Assembly: GCA_951406725.2 (NCBI GenBank) | Contig: OX597816.1 | Location: 158,968,001 to 159,032,000, forward strand | Length of the DNA: 64,000 nucleotides | Direction: 5' to 3' | Origin: Octopus vulgaris | Lineage: Eukaryota | Shown: positions 14,076 through 27,205 of the stretch, piece by piece | Layout of the letters: the number at the start of each line of letters is the position of its first letter | Numbering within the stretch: the stretch's first letter is position 1 | Notes under the pieces: generated by a model | What the model was told of the DNA's origin: nothing | The model's input: only the letters and a program-made list of their open reading frames with translations | Database searches by the model: none | Position numbers and translations under genes: made by a program

Positions 14076-14655
14076 GTGGATAAATTGAACAAATGGGAGA
14101 TGGAAATACAAGGTAAAACTTGCACTGTTGTCTTGTCCTCATTTTGTGGTTCACTTTTGTATTTCATTTCGCATCGTTTCTCTCTAAACAAATTTCCATC
14201 TAATTTCATATCAGGATATTTCAAATTCTCTTGAAGTTCTATAAATTCTTTCGGGCAACATCTGACGATGCAATATTAAAATTATTTCCCTTTAAGTAGT
14301 TTCAACTATTCAACCTTTATTTCGTAACGGAATAGATATTGTAAACGAAATACAAATTCTAATTTAAACTACCTTCCATGATCGATTGGTGGGGTGTTTA
14401 TCCACTACGCTGCAGAAATCACCGCCTTGCTTACTACGGTAGTAAATATATGGGCTTCAGATTTTGGAATAAGGCCAATGATTTTAAAGGAGTGGGGTTT
14501 ATCGATTACATCGATCTCAGTGCTCAAATGTGACGAAACAAAATGGGACCCACAAGGGAAGAAAGGCAAAGTTGTCCTCGGTGGGATGTAAAAAGCCGGA
14601 CTGGCAGTAAATAAAATGGAAGTATTAGTAGCATGTTGTATTGAGTCTAATCTAT

Positions 14656-15136
<481 letters not shown>

Positions 15137-15256
15137 ATTGAGCAAAATATTCTAATAAAGTAAATCAGTACCGAGTTATATATATATATACACACACACA
15201 CACGCATACGCATACACACATACGTATGTATGTATGTATGTATGTATGTATGTATG

Positions 15257-15287
<31 letters not shown>

Positions 15288-15347
15288 TGCCCGTTTACCT
15301 TGTGGCAGTTGAACCCGGCGCATGATCTCACGACTTTCAACTAAGCC

Positions 15348-15392
<45 letters not shown>

Positions 15393-15858
15393 GTATCTAT
15401 CGATCGATCAGTCTATCTTATAATTAATTATCTGTAGTTTATAACTCTTAATTTCTGTCAGAGATTTTATTAAGTGCCTCTCTATCCATCTATCTATTTT
15501 ATAAGTGTTGATAATAAATAACTTTAAATTTCTCTAAGAGATGTGAATAACCTTTTAATTCCTGTTGAAGATACGGAAGATGTCTCTATGGAGCTGTCTA
15601 TCTTACCAGCAGAAATGGTAAACAAGTTTTAAATTCCTGTCAGGGATATTATAGAAGGCAACGCATACATGCAGTCTCAGCGCTTGCACACATATAAACA
15701 CGCACGACTGTGTGTACCTTGTGTATATGTGAATAGCAGAAATTACGAGTATATATATGTGTCCACATGTTTATATACATATTTGCAGGTGATAATACAA
15801 TTTGTGAGGTGTTATATGTGTATGCTTGGGTGTACACAAGTACATATTTATATATGTA

Positions 15859-16464
15859 CTAGCAGTATTGCCCGGCTCAACGGGGATTTCAGGGGAGAGT
15901 TTCAGGGAGTCGCTGGCGATGTATCGTGATGATAAAAAATCCGGCCTGCTAAAATTTGGTTAAAGTGATTCAAACTGCAGATTCAACGCAAAATGGTCAC
16001 ATTTAATTCAAAGCGTTAAAAATGTTATGAAAACAATTGGTATATGTTCACAAAGTCCAAACGATTAATACGAAAAAAACCCTCCAGGCTACATCCCGAA
16101 AATTCATTTCTTTGCCGAACTTCTACAATATTTACGGCGATTCGTTTTTATATCTTGATTTTTTATTTTTCACGCAATTTACGCATGCTTGCACGTGTGG
16201 TGAACACAGTTCACGTCAAACAACTGACTGAGTAAAGTTCACTATTCAATGCATGGGATAAGGCCTAAACAAACACATTATCGATTTTTGCACTTGCGAG
16301 ATGAATTTCGGAACAGAAATAGCGCAGTTCAATTTTCATTCGCCTAAACTTTAAGTGACCCATTTTTGGTGGTTCTACGATTTGTTGGCTAGGAGGAGAT
16401 GTGCCGGGAAGTTAAACACACAGACTCACACACAGACACACAAGTTGAGTTTTATATATATAGA
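15859..16464 (-). mobile_element. Non-autonomous Helitron
   Basis: 5' A|TCtatatatataaaactcaacttgtgtgtc and 3' ccgggcaatactgCTAG|T; termini resemble 17881-18276. Confidence 0.8.
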
Positions 16465-16505
16465 TATTCATATATAAATCGTGTAGGTCTATATGCATGT
16501 ATTTA

Positions 16506-16560
<55 letters not shown>

Positions 16561-16562
<2 letters not shown>

Positions 16563-16757
16563 CTTTACTACCCACAAGGGGCTAAACATAGAGGGGACAA
16601 ACAAGGACAGACAAACAGATTAAGTCGATTACATCGACCCCGAAAGGATGAAAGGCAAAGTCGACCTCGGCGGAATTTGAACTCACAACGTAACGACAGA
16701 CGAAATACCGCTAAGCATTTCGCCCGGCGCGCTAACGTTTCTGCCAGTTCGCCGCCT
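16561..16757 (-). mobile_element. tRNA-derived SINE family B (Nin-domain-like), internally deleted
   Basis: Near-identical to 35792-36058; contains gcctttcatcctttcggggtcgat. Confidence 0.9.
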
Positions 16758-16929
16758 TAAATTATTATTATATATATATACCTTCATGTGTGTGTGTGTG
16801 TGTGTATACACACCAAATAAGAAGACAATGAAAACTTTAACACATCTTTAACGATCAGTTACAATTGTTCCTGTACCAACTCTACTTCCAACGCCAGTTC
16901 ACGCCGGAGATAAACTACTGAGGGTAACA

Positions 16930-17850
16930 GGCCAACTCTGGGTCTGGAGCAAAGCTTCTAACGGACCAAGAGTGACATGGTAGTGGAACAGTGAGATTGA
17001 CAGGGGTATAACAATAAAGAGACGGTTTGGAAAGATTGGAAAAGTTGAGGTCGAAAAGAACCATATCTGGTAGAAAAATGGAAAACGAGGAGACAAGTTT
17101 ATCTTGCAATAGCAGAGGCTCCAAGGTAGAGGTTTGCCTAATGTCTTCTAGCGTGAGGATCAAAAAACGAGAGAGGTTCCGGATTACTGGAAGCACTCCG
17201 TCGGTTCCGACGGCGAGGGTTCCGGTTGATCCGATCAACGGAACAGCCTGCTCGTGAAATTAACGTGTAAGTGGCTGAGCACTCCACAGACACGTGTACC
17301 CTTAACGTAGTTCTCGGGGATATTCAGCGTGACACAGAGAGTGACAAGGCTGGCCCTTTGAAATACAGGTACAACAGAAACAGGAAGTAAGAGAGGGAGA
17401 AAGTTGTGGTGAAAGAGTACAGCAGGGATCACCACCATCCCCTGCCGGAGCCTCGTGGAGCTTTTGGTGTTTTCGCTCACAACGCCCGGTCTGGGAATCG
17501 AAACCGCGATCCTACGACCGCGAGTCCGCTGCCCTAACCACTGGGCCATTGCGCCTCCACTCCGGATTACTAAACAGTGTATCAGAAACAATCGAGAGGT
17601 TGTGGGTGAGAAATGTGCACGGATGAACAATAGTGTGATCGCGCTTAGTGTCTCTGAAAAAGAAAGAATCGTGGAAGTGCTATAATGAAAGGTTATTAAA
17701 TGTGGAGAATGTGTGGGAGAAAGGGAGTCTTCCCGATGTGAACCGAACAAGGGGACCAGCTACTCTAGTCGACAACAGTATGATAGATAAGGAAATTAAG
17801 GATATGAAGACGGAGAAAGCCCTTGATCCATCAGGAGTCACTGCTGAAAA
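16930..17850 (+). mobile_element. RTE-clade LINE relic split by a SINE
   Basis: W*WNSEID; KESWKCYNERLLNVENVWE..GP..MKTEKALDPSG (KAxGPSG-like). Confidence 0.75.
17189..17560 (-). mobile_element. tRNA-derived SINE family C, full length, young
   Basis: Head ggaggcgcaatggcccagtggttag, B box gtttcgattcc, 11-bp TSD tccggattact at 17178 and 17561. Confidence 0.92.
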
Positions 17851-17880
17851 ACAAAGCCATGATTGTAGTATTGCAGGTAA

Positions 17881-18276
17881 TCTTTATATATAAAAGTCAA
17901 GTTGTGTGTCTGTCTCCTACGATTTAGATTCCTAACTACTCCCACATTTTGCGGTGCAGTTTAACCAAAACCGGGTATCTTATAGTTGTGATTCATATCG
18001 AGCCCTTCTGGGTATTAGCACGCGTCTACGATGAGTCTACGATTTTTAAAAAATTACCATAAATTTTTCCCATTTTAATGCATTTTTCGCTATTATATAA
18101 GGGAAGTAACTCTCTAAAAATGTCTACGATGAGTCAACGATTTTTAAAAAAATTTACCATCATTTTTTTCCCCATTTTTAATGCATTTTTTTGCTATTTT
18201 TGGGCTATAACTCTCTAAAAATGCTTATATAATTATTTCCCTTACAAACCCGAGCAACGCCGGGCGATACTGCTAG
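17881..18276 (+). mobile_element. Non-autonomous Helitron
   Basis: A|TC start, subterminal hairpin cccgagcaacgccggg, CTAG|T end, internal ~98-bp tandem duplication. Confidence 0.88.
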
Positions 18277-18632
18277 TAAGTTCTAAACCAATCGAGTCTG
18301 GAAAGCAATTGACATTAAAGTTGGAATCTGTTTGTCTTAGATCAGTAATAGCATTGCGATAAGCATGAATATTACAATTTCCCAACTTTCTCTCTCGCTT
18401 AATCATCTTCGGTTTCTTGTTTACTCGAAAGCGATAACAGGAAACTACTTTAAAATATCGTATTTAGTGTATCATGACACGTTTTAATAGCTCAGTAAAG
18501 TGAATCCGGAAACTGATTTGCTTCTTTTTTTTTTTTACTACTTTCTTCAACCAGTTGATTGTGGTCATGCTGCAGCACTTCTACGAAACATGTGGTACAC
18601 TTCACAGAATTGCGTGTCATGCTTACTCATAA

Positions 18633-18707
18633 AAGAAGAAGAAGAAGAAGAAGAAGAAGAAGAAGAAGAAGAAGAAGAAGAACAACAACAACAACAACAA
18701 CAACAAC

Positions 18708-18792
<85 letters not shown>

Positions 18793-18816
18793 TATAATAA
18801 TAATAAAAAAAAAATA

Positions 18817-18847
<31 letters not shown>

Positions 18848-18849
18848 TA

Positions 18850-18894
<45 letters not shown>

Positions 18895-18918
18895 CATTAT
18901 TATAATTATAATTATACT
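18633..18918. repeat. Compound (GAA)n(CAA)n(TAA)n(TTA)n microsatellite
   Basis: Direct inspection. Confidence 0.97.
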
Positions 18919-19369
18919 AATGTGGTCGCTCCCGTTGGTTTCGATGTATGAGTGTATGAAGGAGAGGACTTTAACATGTTAAAGAGAGTAATAGGAAGAA
19001 AGAACAAAAAAATACTAAGAAGCTGCATCTATCTGCCATGGATGCGTGAATGTAATTTTAGCCCAGGAATGGATTTTGCTATGAAGTCGCAACGGGGACA
19101 TTGATATATTTTGATTTTGCCTCGGATTGGGCAAATGTGTCTGTTGGTTGCGGGATATAGTTCTTCTATTGTTCTTTTTCTTCAACTCAAATTGTTTGTA
19201 TGCATCGTGACATATTTTACGTCATGCACATCGATCTGGCAACGATTTTCCCAAGATGTCCAATTAAGCTGTTGAGATTTTAGTGATTACTTCAACTTAT
19301 CCTTGAACCTAAAGAGAAGCCTTCCTTTGTCACGATATCCTTCCACTTGTTGGTCATACAGAAGAATAA

Positions 19370-19556
19370 ACAATATATATCCTGAATCCCAATGCGGATT
19401 TCGGGCGGGGAGAGGCCTTGTTGACATGATTTTTGCCCACCGACAAGTTCAAGAGACAGCGCGCGAACAAAATACTGATTTGTACATGGTCTTTGTCGAC
19501 TTGAACAAAGCCTTTGATACAGTGAATCGTGAGGCGCTCTGGAAAATTTTGTCAAA
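19370..19556 (+). mobile_element. RTE-clade RT fragment
   Basis: PESQCGFRAGRG..DMIF..RQVQE..FVDLNKAFDTVNREALWKIL. Confidence 0.88.
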
Positions 19557-19559
19557 TAA

Positions 19560-19770
19560 TATCCCTGGGAACATTGAGTAAAAATCTTGAGAAGTACATG
19601 GAACAAATAGTGGCTGCAATAAGGGTGGAACACTTGCTGAAAACAGCACTGCTTGGAATCGCTCGAATACTCCGGATGGTGCTCGAAAAATAAGGGGTGT
19701 TACCTTAGTTCACTGGTAGTGAACAGCTGGCACCGTAGTACATCTCCAGCATTAGAAGCGGTGCAAAGAC
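19560..19770 (+). mobile_element. R4/Dong-like LINE 3' end, abutting the RTE fragment
   Basis: LGTLSKNLEKY..LKTALLGIARILRMVLEK*, short UTR, then (AAT)n. Confidence 0.8.
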
Positions 19771-19792
19771 AATAATAATAATAATAATAATA

Positions 19793-22700
19793 CCATTGAT
19801 GGGTAAGGGATTTGTCGACATCAGCATTATTAGCTCTCTTTGTATATTTAACATTGAGAGGTTTTTCTTGCCATTTATCTGTAAGAATATCTTAGGCAGC
19901 AGTTTTAGCATGGGTTTTCATGCGCTTAGCTTTATCTGTGCTTGTTTCTAGTACGTCTAATTCTGGAATTTCTTGTATTCGGAATTCACTTAGATATTCC
20001 TTTGCCTGTTTTGTTACTGAGTATGATGCTTTTTTGTTTTCGTGTTTTGAGACAAGTTCTAACATCCAGTCATCAGAGTTTTTTAGGCAAGTGTTTAGAC
20101 CAATTGTGGCAATTTACATTGTTAATTCCAGTTGTAAAAGATTACGGCCACCCTATTTTCTTGGCAGGTTAAGCCATTCTGTATCTACCTTAGGGTGGTG
20201 CATTCTATGCATTGTCAACAATTTTCGTATTTTTCTGTCAAGATCACTTATTTCAGTAATTGACCAGTTAATGATATTGAAACTGTAAGTCACGACTGGT
20301 ATGGCTAAAGTATTGATCTCTTCGATCCTGTTTCTTGCATTTAGATCTGTCTTGAGTAATGCCCTTAACCCGCGATAACATTCTTTTCTGATCCTTTCCC
20401 TCATCACTGAATGTTTGATTCCATCACCTTCAAATACCCCTAGGTATTTGTAGCTTTCTGCTGGTTCTAATTCCTTTATGACATTCTGTTGGTCAAGATT
20501 AACGTTGGATGTTTCTATTTTTTTTTCCTTTGATAAAGGTAGCTTTTGCTCATCTATCGAGGCCAAATTGCATCCTGATGTCATCAGTGAATTGTTTAAC
20601 AATAGCTAGTAAGCCATGTAGTTGTTGGTTATTTTTTGAAAAGAGCTTTAAATCATTCATGTAAAAGAGATGATTTATATATTTATCAAACATTTTATTG
20701 CCATATTGTACATCATCGAGCAATTTCGAGAGAGGTATTAAGGCTAGACAAATGAGGTGTGGTGACAGAGTGTCACCCTGGAAGATGCCATATGAAATTT
20801 TTACATCTCTAGCATTGAGAGATTCATTATCACTGTTCAAAGTCAGTGTGGTTCTCCATGATCTTATACTTACAGACAAAAAGTTTCGCTATTTTATACA
20901 TTTCCAGACATTTCTTAATCCAGCTATGTGGTTGACTATCAAAAGCATTTTCATAGTCTCTCCAGGCTATCGATAAGTTTTTGTGTCGTTTGTGACAATC
21001 TTCCAAGATCATCTTATTGATGAATAGCTGATCTTTACAACCATAAGACCCACGTTTACACCCTTTTTGCTCATTAGGGAATATGCCACTTTCTATTAAA
21101 AAACTATAGGTATATTCAGTCAGGACAGATGTTAGTATTTTATGCATTGTTGTGAAGTAGGTTATGGGTCTATAATTTTTTGGTTCATTTGTTTCTTCAT
21201 TTTTTGGAAGTAGGAATGTAGCACTATTAACTAGCCAAGATGGAATCATACTAGGTTGTTGCAAAACATTGTTGTAGAGTTTTGTTAGCAGTTGATGACT
21301 CTCTGGGAAGATATTCAACCAGAAGTTAGGAATTTTGTTCTTTCCTGGAGACTTCCATTTGCTTGACCTCCCAACATCAGATCTCACATCCTCTACCTTG
21401 ATATCCTCCCACTTTTGCTCTTCTAAGCAGTCTAAGGCAGAAGATATTTTATCAATCCAAGGGGACTTTTTATTGTTTTTTCTTCTGTCCAAATTTTATT
21501 CCAAAATTCTGGCGCTACTTCTTTTGATGGGACAGGCTTTACTATAACTGGTATTTTCCCTCTCTTCCTGTAAAAATTTTTTGAGTTAATTTCGAACCTC
21601 TTGTTGTCCTTGAAGAATCTAACGCGCTTTTCATACCGTGCTATGCGGGCAGCTTTAGCACTTGTCTCTTGCTTGATAGTTTTTATGGTCATATCGATGT
21701 CAAGTATGGTTTTCATATTATATTTTTTCTTTAATTTTCGGATTTTTTCTGGTTTGATAGTCTTGTCAAACTTAGGATTTTTAAAACATTCTATGTCAGA
21801 CATAAGTAGCTGAATTTGGTGTTGAATACTCTCTTGCCAAGTAGGCTTTTTGTGGGAATGTTGTCATTTTCTAATCTTTTCACCGCATAGCGGATGCATG
21901 GTACAGGTGGGTGAGAACTATAATATCAACATCATAAACAGAAATTATATCATTAAGTGCAAGACTGGTTTTATCAATTATTTTCTGGTTTTGGTTACAG
22001 TTGCGAATTTTTGGGAGAGTGTCACGTTCATTCATACTGGTTTCTTTAGTTTTCAGCCATTCAGTCATGATTTGATTTCTTAGATCATGTAGTTCTGTTG
22101 GGTCAATTTCTGTGTGACTTTCTTTATCTATTTGAGTTTCATCTGCCTTAGTGTTTTATGGTTGGTTCAGAGAGTATTTCACTTTGCTTATCAGTTACAT
22201 TAACTCTTTCTATCATTACTGCACTTGCATCAGACCTGGGTGGTCTATAATTATTTCCTCTGTAGTAGTATGTTTTTTAGCTGCAACTTCGATCCCTTTA
22301 TCCGTTACTGATTGTTTAATTTGGTCAATCTCTAATTCAGTTAGTAATTTCTTTTTCATAATGTTTCTTCTGACGTTGGCAAGTTTCTTACTGTCTATGT
22401 AGGGTCTTCCAGTTTAGGTAGGTTTGTTCAGTGTTAGATTTATTTGCGGGAAAATACATGGTATGGTAGAAGGCCTTAAGAACTTCTTTATTATCATCCC
22501 TTGACTATTTTTCATTCTTTTTCTTTCGGTATTTGATGACGAGCGTGGACGGCCATCTGTTGGAATATTCCGGTTGTGGGGTGCTTTCAGCTCCTGTGTT
22601 TCGGGAAGATTTGAACCAGTAGCTGATTTTCGTACCCAGTCTGGTTCCTCACGGTGGTGCGCAGCCCTTGTTGATACGGATGACGGCAGATTCGGTATGT

Positions 22701-22866
22701 ATTTTGCTTTGTTATCATTGAGGCACGACGAGCTTGGACGTTGATATTAGGAGACGGATCTGTCTAATTAAGGTTAATTTTTTGAGACAACACTGTCTCC
22801 GAGTTCTCTGAATGAAAACATTGCTAGTAACGTAGCTTCTTAAGGCTAACAGATCTGCATTCGTCT
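19793..22866 (-). mobile_element. R4/Dong-like LINE, inverted 5' part (5' region plus RT), degraded
   Basis: WKSPG..NFWL, PKNYRPIT, EQKGCKRGSYGCKDQL, GIFQGDTLSP, HLFYMNDLKL, YKYLG; ends at ..SLTHQW. Confidence 0.93.
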
Positions 22867-22873
22867 GTATTTT

Positions 22874-23732
22874 TTCTGGCTTAAAATCAGAAACAGAAGA
22901 GTTTATCACAGCAGCTCAAGATCAATGCCTACTTACAAGGAACAACATATTAAAGAACGGCAGTAGCCCAACATGTCGTGTAAGTAAACAACAAAATGAA
23001 ACCATTGATCATGCTGCATCCATGTGCAGTCTTCTTGCGCCTACAGAGTATCTCAACTGGCATGATAGAGAAGCACAATATATTCACTGGGTAATTGACA
23101 AAAACTTGGACATGCTCCATGATAAAAACTGGTGAGAACACAAACTACCTCCAGTGCTTGAAAATGACCACATCTCACACCTCTAGAACTTCACCATTCA
23201 AACTGACAGAAAGATAGACGCGAATAGGCCAGACATTATATTGAAGGTATTAAGACAAAAACCATACTTCTTCATTGATATGACTGTCCCAATTGACATA
23301 AATGTATCTATCAAAGCCTACCAAAAACTGAGCAAGTATAAAAATCATGAAATAGAAATTGGCAAAATGTGGAACCTGAAGACTAAAACAATACCTGTTG
23401 TCATAGGTACCTTCGGAATGATAGCAAAAGGGGCTAATTTCTACCTATCTCAGATACCAGGAAACCCCAAAAATGGCAGAAATTCAAAAGATAGTGCTCA
23501 TGGGAACTACCCACACCTTACGTAAAATACTGCCTATGTAATCTCAAATTTTAAAACAAACTTATAGGCTTCTTATGTTTTCTTAAAATTCACTAGAACA
23601 ATATTTTGTGTAAAACTAAATATATGGCACCCTAGGCATAACGCCAACTTGAACTTCTAACTTGTTGTCACTTGAGGTCTCTGGGTGAGACTTGGAGTCA
23701 GCTTGTACAAATACAAAGCAAAAGTCAAACAT
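22874..23732 (+). mobile_element. R4/Dong-like LINE, forward 3' part (zinc knuckle, RLE endonuclease, 3' UTR)
   Basis: SGLKSETEEFITAAQDQ; IQTDRKIDANRPDII; KLSKY..IPVVIG; followed by (TAC)n(TAA)n. Confidence 0.9.
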
Positions 23733-23733
23733 A

Positions 23734-23824
<91 letters not shown>

Positions 23825-24377
23825 GCCCTGGCGCAGTACCAGACAGTGGTTCTCATGGTTTCTGATCTTAACTGATTGGAAGTGTTATCATGTACATTTT
23901 TTTGTCTTGGTATAAAAGATGGGCTACAGCAAATATTCTGCTCGATACCACAGATTTGCTTGTCAGTTGTTTGACGATAACCAGTTGAGCATATCCCTTA
24001 CTGGCAGACGATATGTGCACCTCTGATCACGTGGTGACGTAGTTGAGGAGCATCATAGCCATGTGCTGAAAGGAATTCTTTAGAGTGAGAATAATTCGCC
24101 TCTGGAAACATGGGTGTTTTGTTCAACATCCTTACACAACCCTTATACAAGACCATTTGAGCGGGATGGGTTACTCGACCTGAAGAGAATTCTTACTGGG
24201 CCCCGCCTGCAAGGTTATGCAGTTTATCTTGATATGAGATCACCATGTCACGCACATATGGTTGCGATGCATGTGCCTGGTGTACCCTTATCAGACGGGT
24301 AGTCATGATGGGTGTACTGAGCTTCGTATATATATTACCCCAGTGTCACTTTGATGGCATGCACTGCTCTCTCACTC
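23825..24377 (+). mobile_element. Unassigned ~550-bp non-coding element in (TAA)n, copy 1 (strand inferred)
   Basis: Same start (gccctg..gcagtacca) and end (gctctctcactc-aataat) as the adjacent diverged copy. Confidence 0.75.
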
Positions 24378-24387
24378 AATAATAATG

Positions 24388-24453
<66 letters not shown>

Positions 24454-24967
24454 GCCCTGATGCAGTACCAGGCAGTCGCTCATATGGCCTCTGATCTTAA
24501 CTGATTGAAAGTGTTACCATGTACAAGTTTGTCTTGGTATAAATGATGGGTTTCAGCAAATATTCTGCTCAATACCATAGATTTGTTTGTCAGCTGTTTG
24601 ACCTTAACCAGTTAAGCATTCCCTTGGTGGCCTTAACCAGTCGAGCGTATCCTTTGGTGGAACCTCTGATCACGAGCAGAAGCATCATAACTATGTGTTG
24701 AGAGGAATTCTTTGGGGCTTAAATAATTCAAACTTTATTCAGGGACCTTTTGAGCGAGATGGGCTACTCGACCTGAATAAAATTCTGTGTCCCACCTGCA
24801 AGGTCATACACTGTTTATCTTGATATGAGATCACCATGTCGCTCACATATGGTTGTGATGCATGTGCTTAGTGTACCCTTTTCGGACGGGTGGCCATGAT
24901 GGGTATATTGAGCTTTCTATATTTGTACCCCAGTATCACTTAGATGGTATGCGCTGCTCTCTCACTC
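24454..24967 (+). mobile_element. Unassigned ~550-bp non-coding element in (TAA)n, copy 2
   Basis: Colinear with 23825-24377, with independent indels. Confidence 0.75.
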
Positions 24968-24979
24968 AATAATAATAAT

Positions 24980-25383
24980 ACTGATTGCTACCTATTCCAG
25001 ATACCAGGAAATCCCAAAATGGAAGAAATTTAAAAAATAGTGCTCATGGGAACTGTTCATATCCTAAAAAAAATATTGTCTATATAATCCCAAAAACATC
25101 TTAATCTGTAAACATTGTCAAAAGTATTCTTAAATGTACATGATACCCAAGACCTTTTACTGTCGTCTTAAGATCACACTATCATCTTATAATCAAATTA
25201 CTTTTAAAACAAAATTCTAATTTTCTTATGTTTTGACAGACGTTCTCTTGAACAATATTCTGTGCAAAACCAAAAATATGGTACCCTAGTCATAACAGCA
25301 ACTTGAACTTCTAACTTGTCTCTTGAGGTCTCTGGGTGAGACTTGGAGTCAGCTTGTACAAATACAAAGCAAAAGTCTAACAT
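24980..25383 (+). mobile_element. R4/Dong-like 3' end, same family as 22874-23732
   Basis: cagataccaggaaatcccaaaatgg.. and tail gagacttggagtcagcttgtacaaatacaaagcaaaagtc. Confidence 0.85.
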
Positions 25384-25433
<50 letters not shown>

Positions 25434-25460
25434 TGATGATGATGATGATGATGATGATAA

Positions 25461-25848
25461 TGAGGCCAATAGGCCAGATATAGTTGTCAGAGATCATGAA
25501 GAAAAAATGCTTTCTAACTGATGTATCAATACCAACAGATGACAACGTTTCTCTAAAAGAAATGGAGAAACTTTCAAAATACAAAGAGTCTAAAAACAGA
25601 AATAATTCCTATCATAGTGGGTATAATAAAAAAAAATTCAAACAAATATATAACAAAAACACCAGGACTAACAAATATATATAACATGCAGAAAATAGCA
25701 CTACTAGGCACTGCACACATCCTACGTAAAACACTTTCAATACAGTAGCCATAAGAGCATCACAGCAAACCACAGCACATACTCAAGGCACACAGAGCTG
25801 CACTCGGTAGTCAAGTGAAAGCACGTTATAAATATAAAACTATTGAAT
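25461..25848 (+). mobile_element. R4/Dong-like 3' end, a different family
   Basis: ANRPDIVVRD..DVSIP..EKLSKYK..QKIALLGTAHILRK; flanked by (GAT)n/(TAA)n. Confidence 0.85.
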
Positions 25849-25851
25849 AAT

Positions 25852-25909
<58 letters not shown>

Positions 25910-26309
25910 TTTTACTTGTTTCAGTCATTTGACTGTGGCCATACTGGAGCACCGCCTTTTAGTCGAGCAAATCGACCCCAGGATTTATTCTTTGCAAGCC
26001 TAGTACTTATTCTATCGATCTCTTTTGACAAGACGCTAAGTTACGGGGATGTAAACACACCAGCATCGGTTGTCAAGCGATGTTGGTGGGGACAAACACA
26101 TACACACATACATATATACACATATACATATATATATACATATATACGACGGGCTTCTTTCAGTTTCTGTCTACCAAATCCATTCACAAGGCTTTGGTCG
26201 GCCCGAGGCTATAGAAGAAGACACTTGCCCAAGGTGCCACGCAGTGGGACTGAACCCAGAACCATGTGGTTCGTAAGCAAGCTACTTACCACACAGCCAC
26301 TCCTATGCC

Positions 26310-26310
<1 letters not shown>
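25910..26310 (-). mobile_element. SINE family A, full length, inside (TAA)n
   Basis: Colinear with the other copies. Confidence 0.92.
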
Positions 26311-26363
<53 letters not shown>

Positions 26364-26565
26364 TAATAATAATAATAATAATAATTACTTGACAGGGACT
26401 TTATTTTATCGACCTCTTAAGGACGAAAAAAAATTACGATCTCGGTAGGATTTGAACTCAGAACATAAAGAACCGGAAGAAGTGCTGCTAACTATTCTGT
26501 CCCGTTCAGGTATGCTATTCAGAAAGTCCTGCAGGTCACAGATTGTTCAAGACTGCCCCTAGACC

Positions 26566-26619
26566 CATCGGTTCCTATCAAACCCTCTAACCCATGCCAG
26601 CATAGAACATGGACGTTAA

Positions 26620-26668
<49 letters not shown>
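26566..26668 (+). mobile_element. RTE-type 3' tail
   Basis: aacccatgccagcatagaacatggacgttaaa followed by (TGA)n. Confidence 0.55.
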
Positions 26669-26669
<1 letters not shown>

Positions 26670-26816
26670 ACTTGTACATTTATGTTTATGGCTTGGTGGA
26701 CTAGGACATTGGGAATTATTTGTTTTGGTCGTAGCTACAATGCTATGGCGCCAGTGACTCGGTACGAATTAACGATCCTTCCACTAGCAAGTTGACACTA
26801 CCAGCTGCGATTTCAA

Positions 26817-27123
26817 ACAAAAGAAGGAGCTTTTGTGTGGTTGCTTTACTTGCTTAAAACAATAGCCAAATCAATTCCTAAGTACATTACTCGCGTTTCT
26901 CTTTCTCTTTCTGACTTTTTTTTCAAAAAGAACAAAAAAGCAAAAACAAAAACAAAAAAAAAACAATGGTTAAACAAGCAAAGTAAGAAAGCGCTTTCTG
27001 AATGTAGTATACTAGAAAGTAGAAATGATGGCCACAGCTGGAATGTCAGTTGAACATCAAATCGCTCGGTAGACAATCTAAGTGGCATGGACTTGCTCCA
27101 CTAAATTTAACCTAGGCCTTTAT

Positions 27124-27170
<47 letters not shown>

Positions 27171-27205
27171 CGGTAACAACAACAACAACCGCAACAACAA
27201 TAACA
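26817..27205 (+). mobile_element. (CAA)n-tailed retroposon family D
   Basis: 17-bp TSD accagctgcgatttcaa (26800-26816 and 27206-27222); motifs atagccaaat and gatggccacagctggaatg recur at 35.6-38.0 kb. Confidence 0.75.

Noticed and set aside
17480-17560. tRNA gene
   Set aside because: It is the tRNA-derived head of a TSD-flanked SINE; the same applies to the other A/B-box hits
23825-23900. HDV-like ribozyme or U2 snRNA origin for the 550-bp element (tgcagtacc)
   Set aside because: Could not thread P1/P1.1/P4; the similarity to U2 is only about 9 nt
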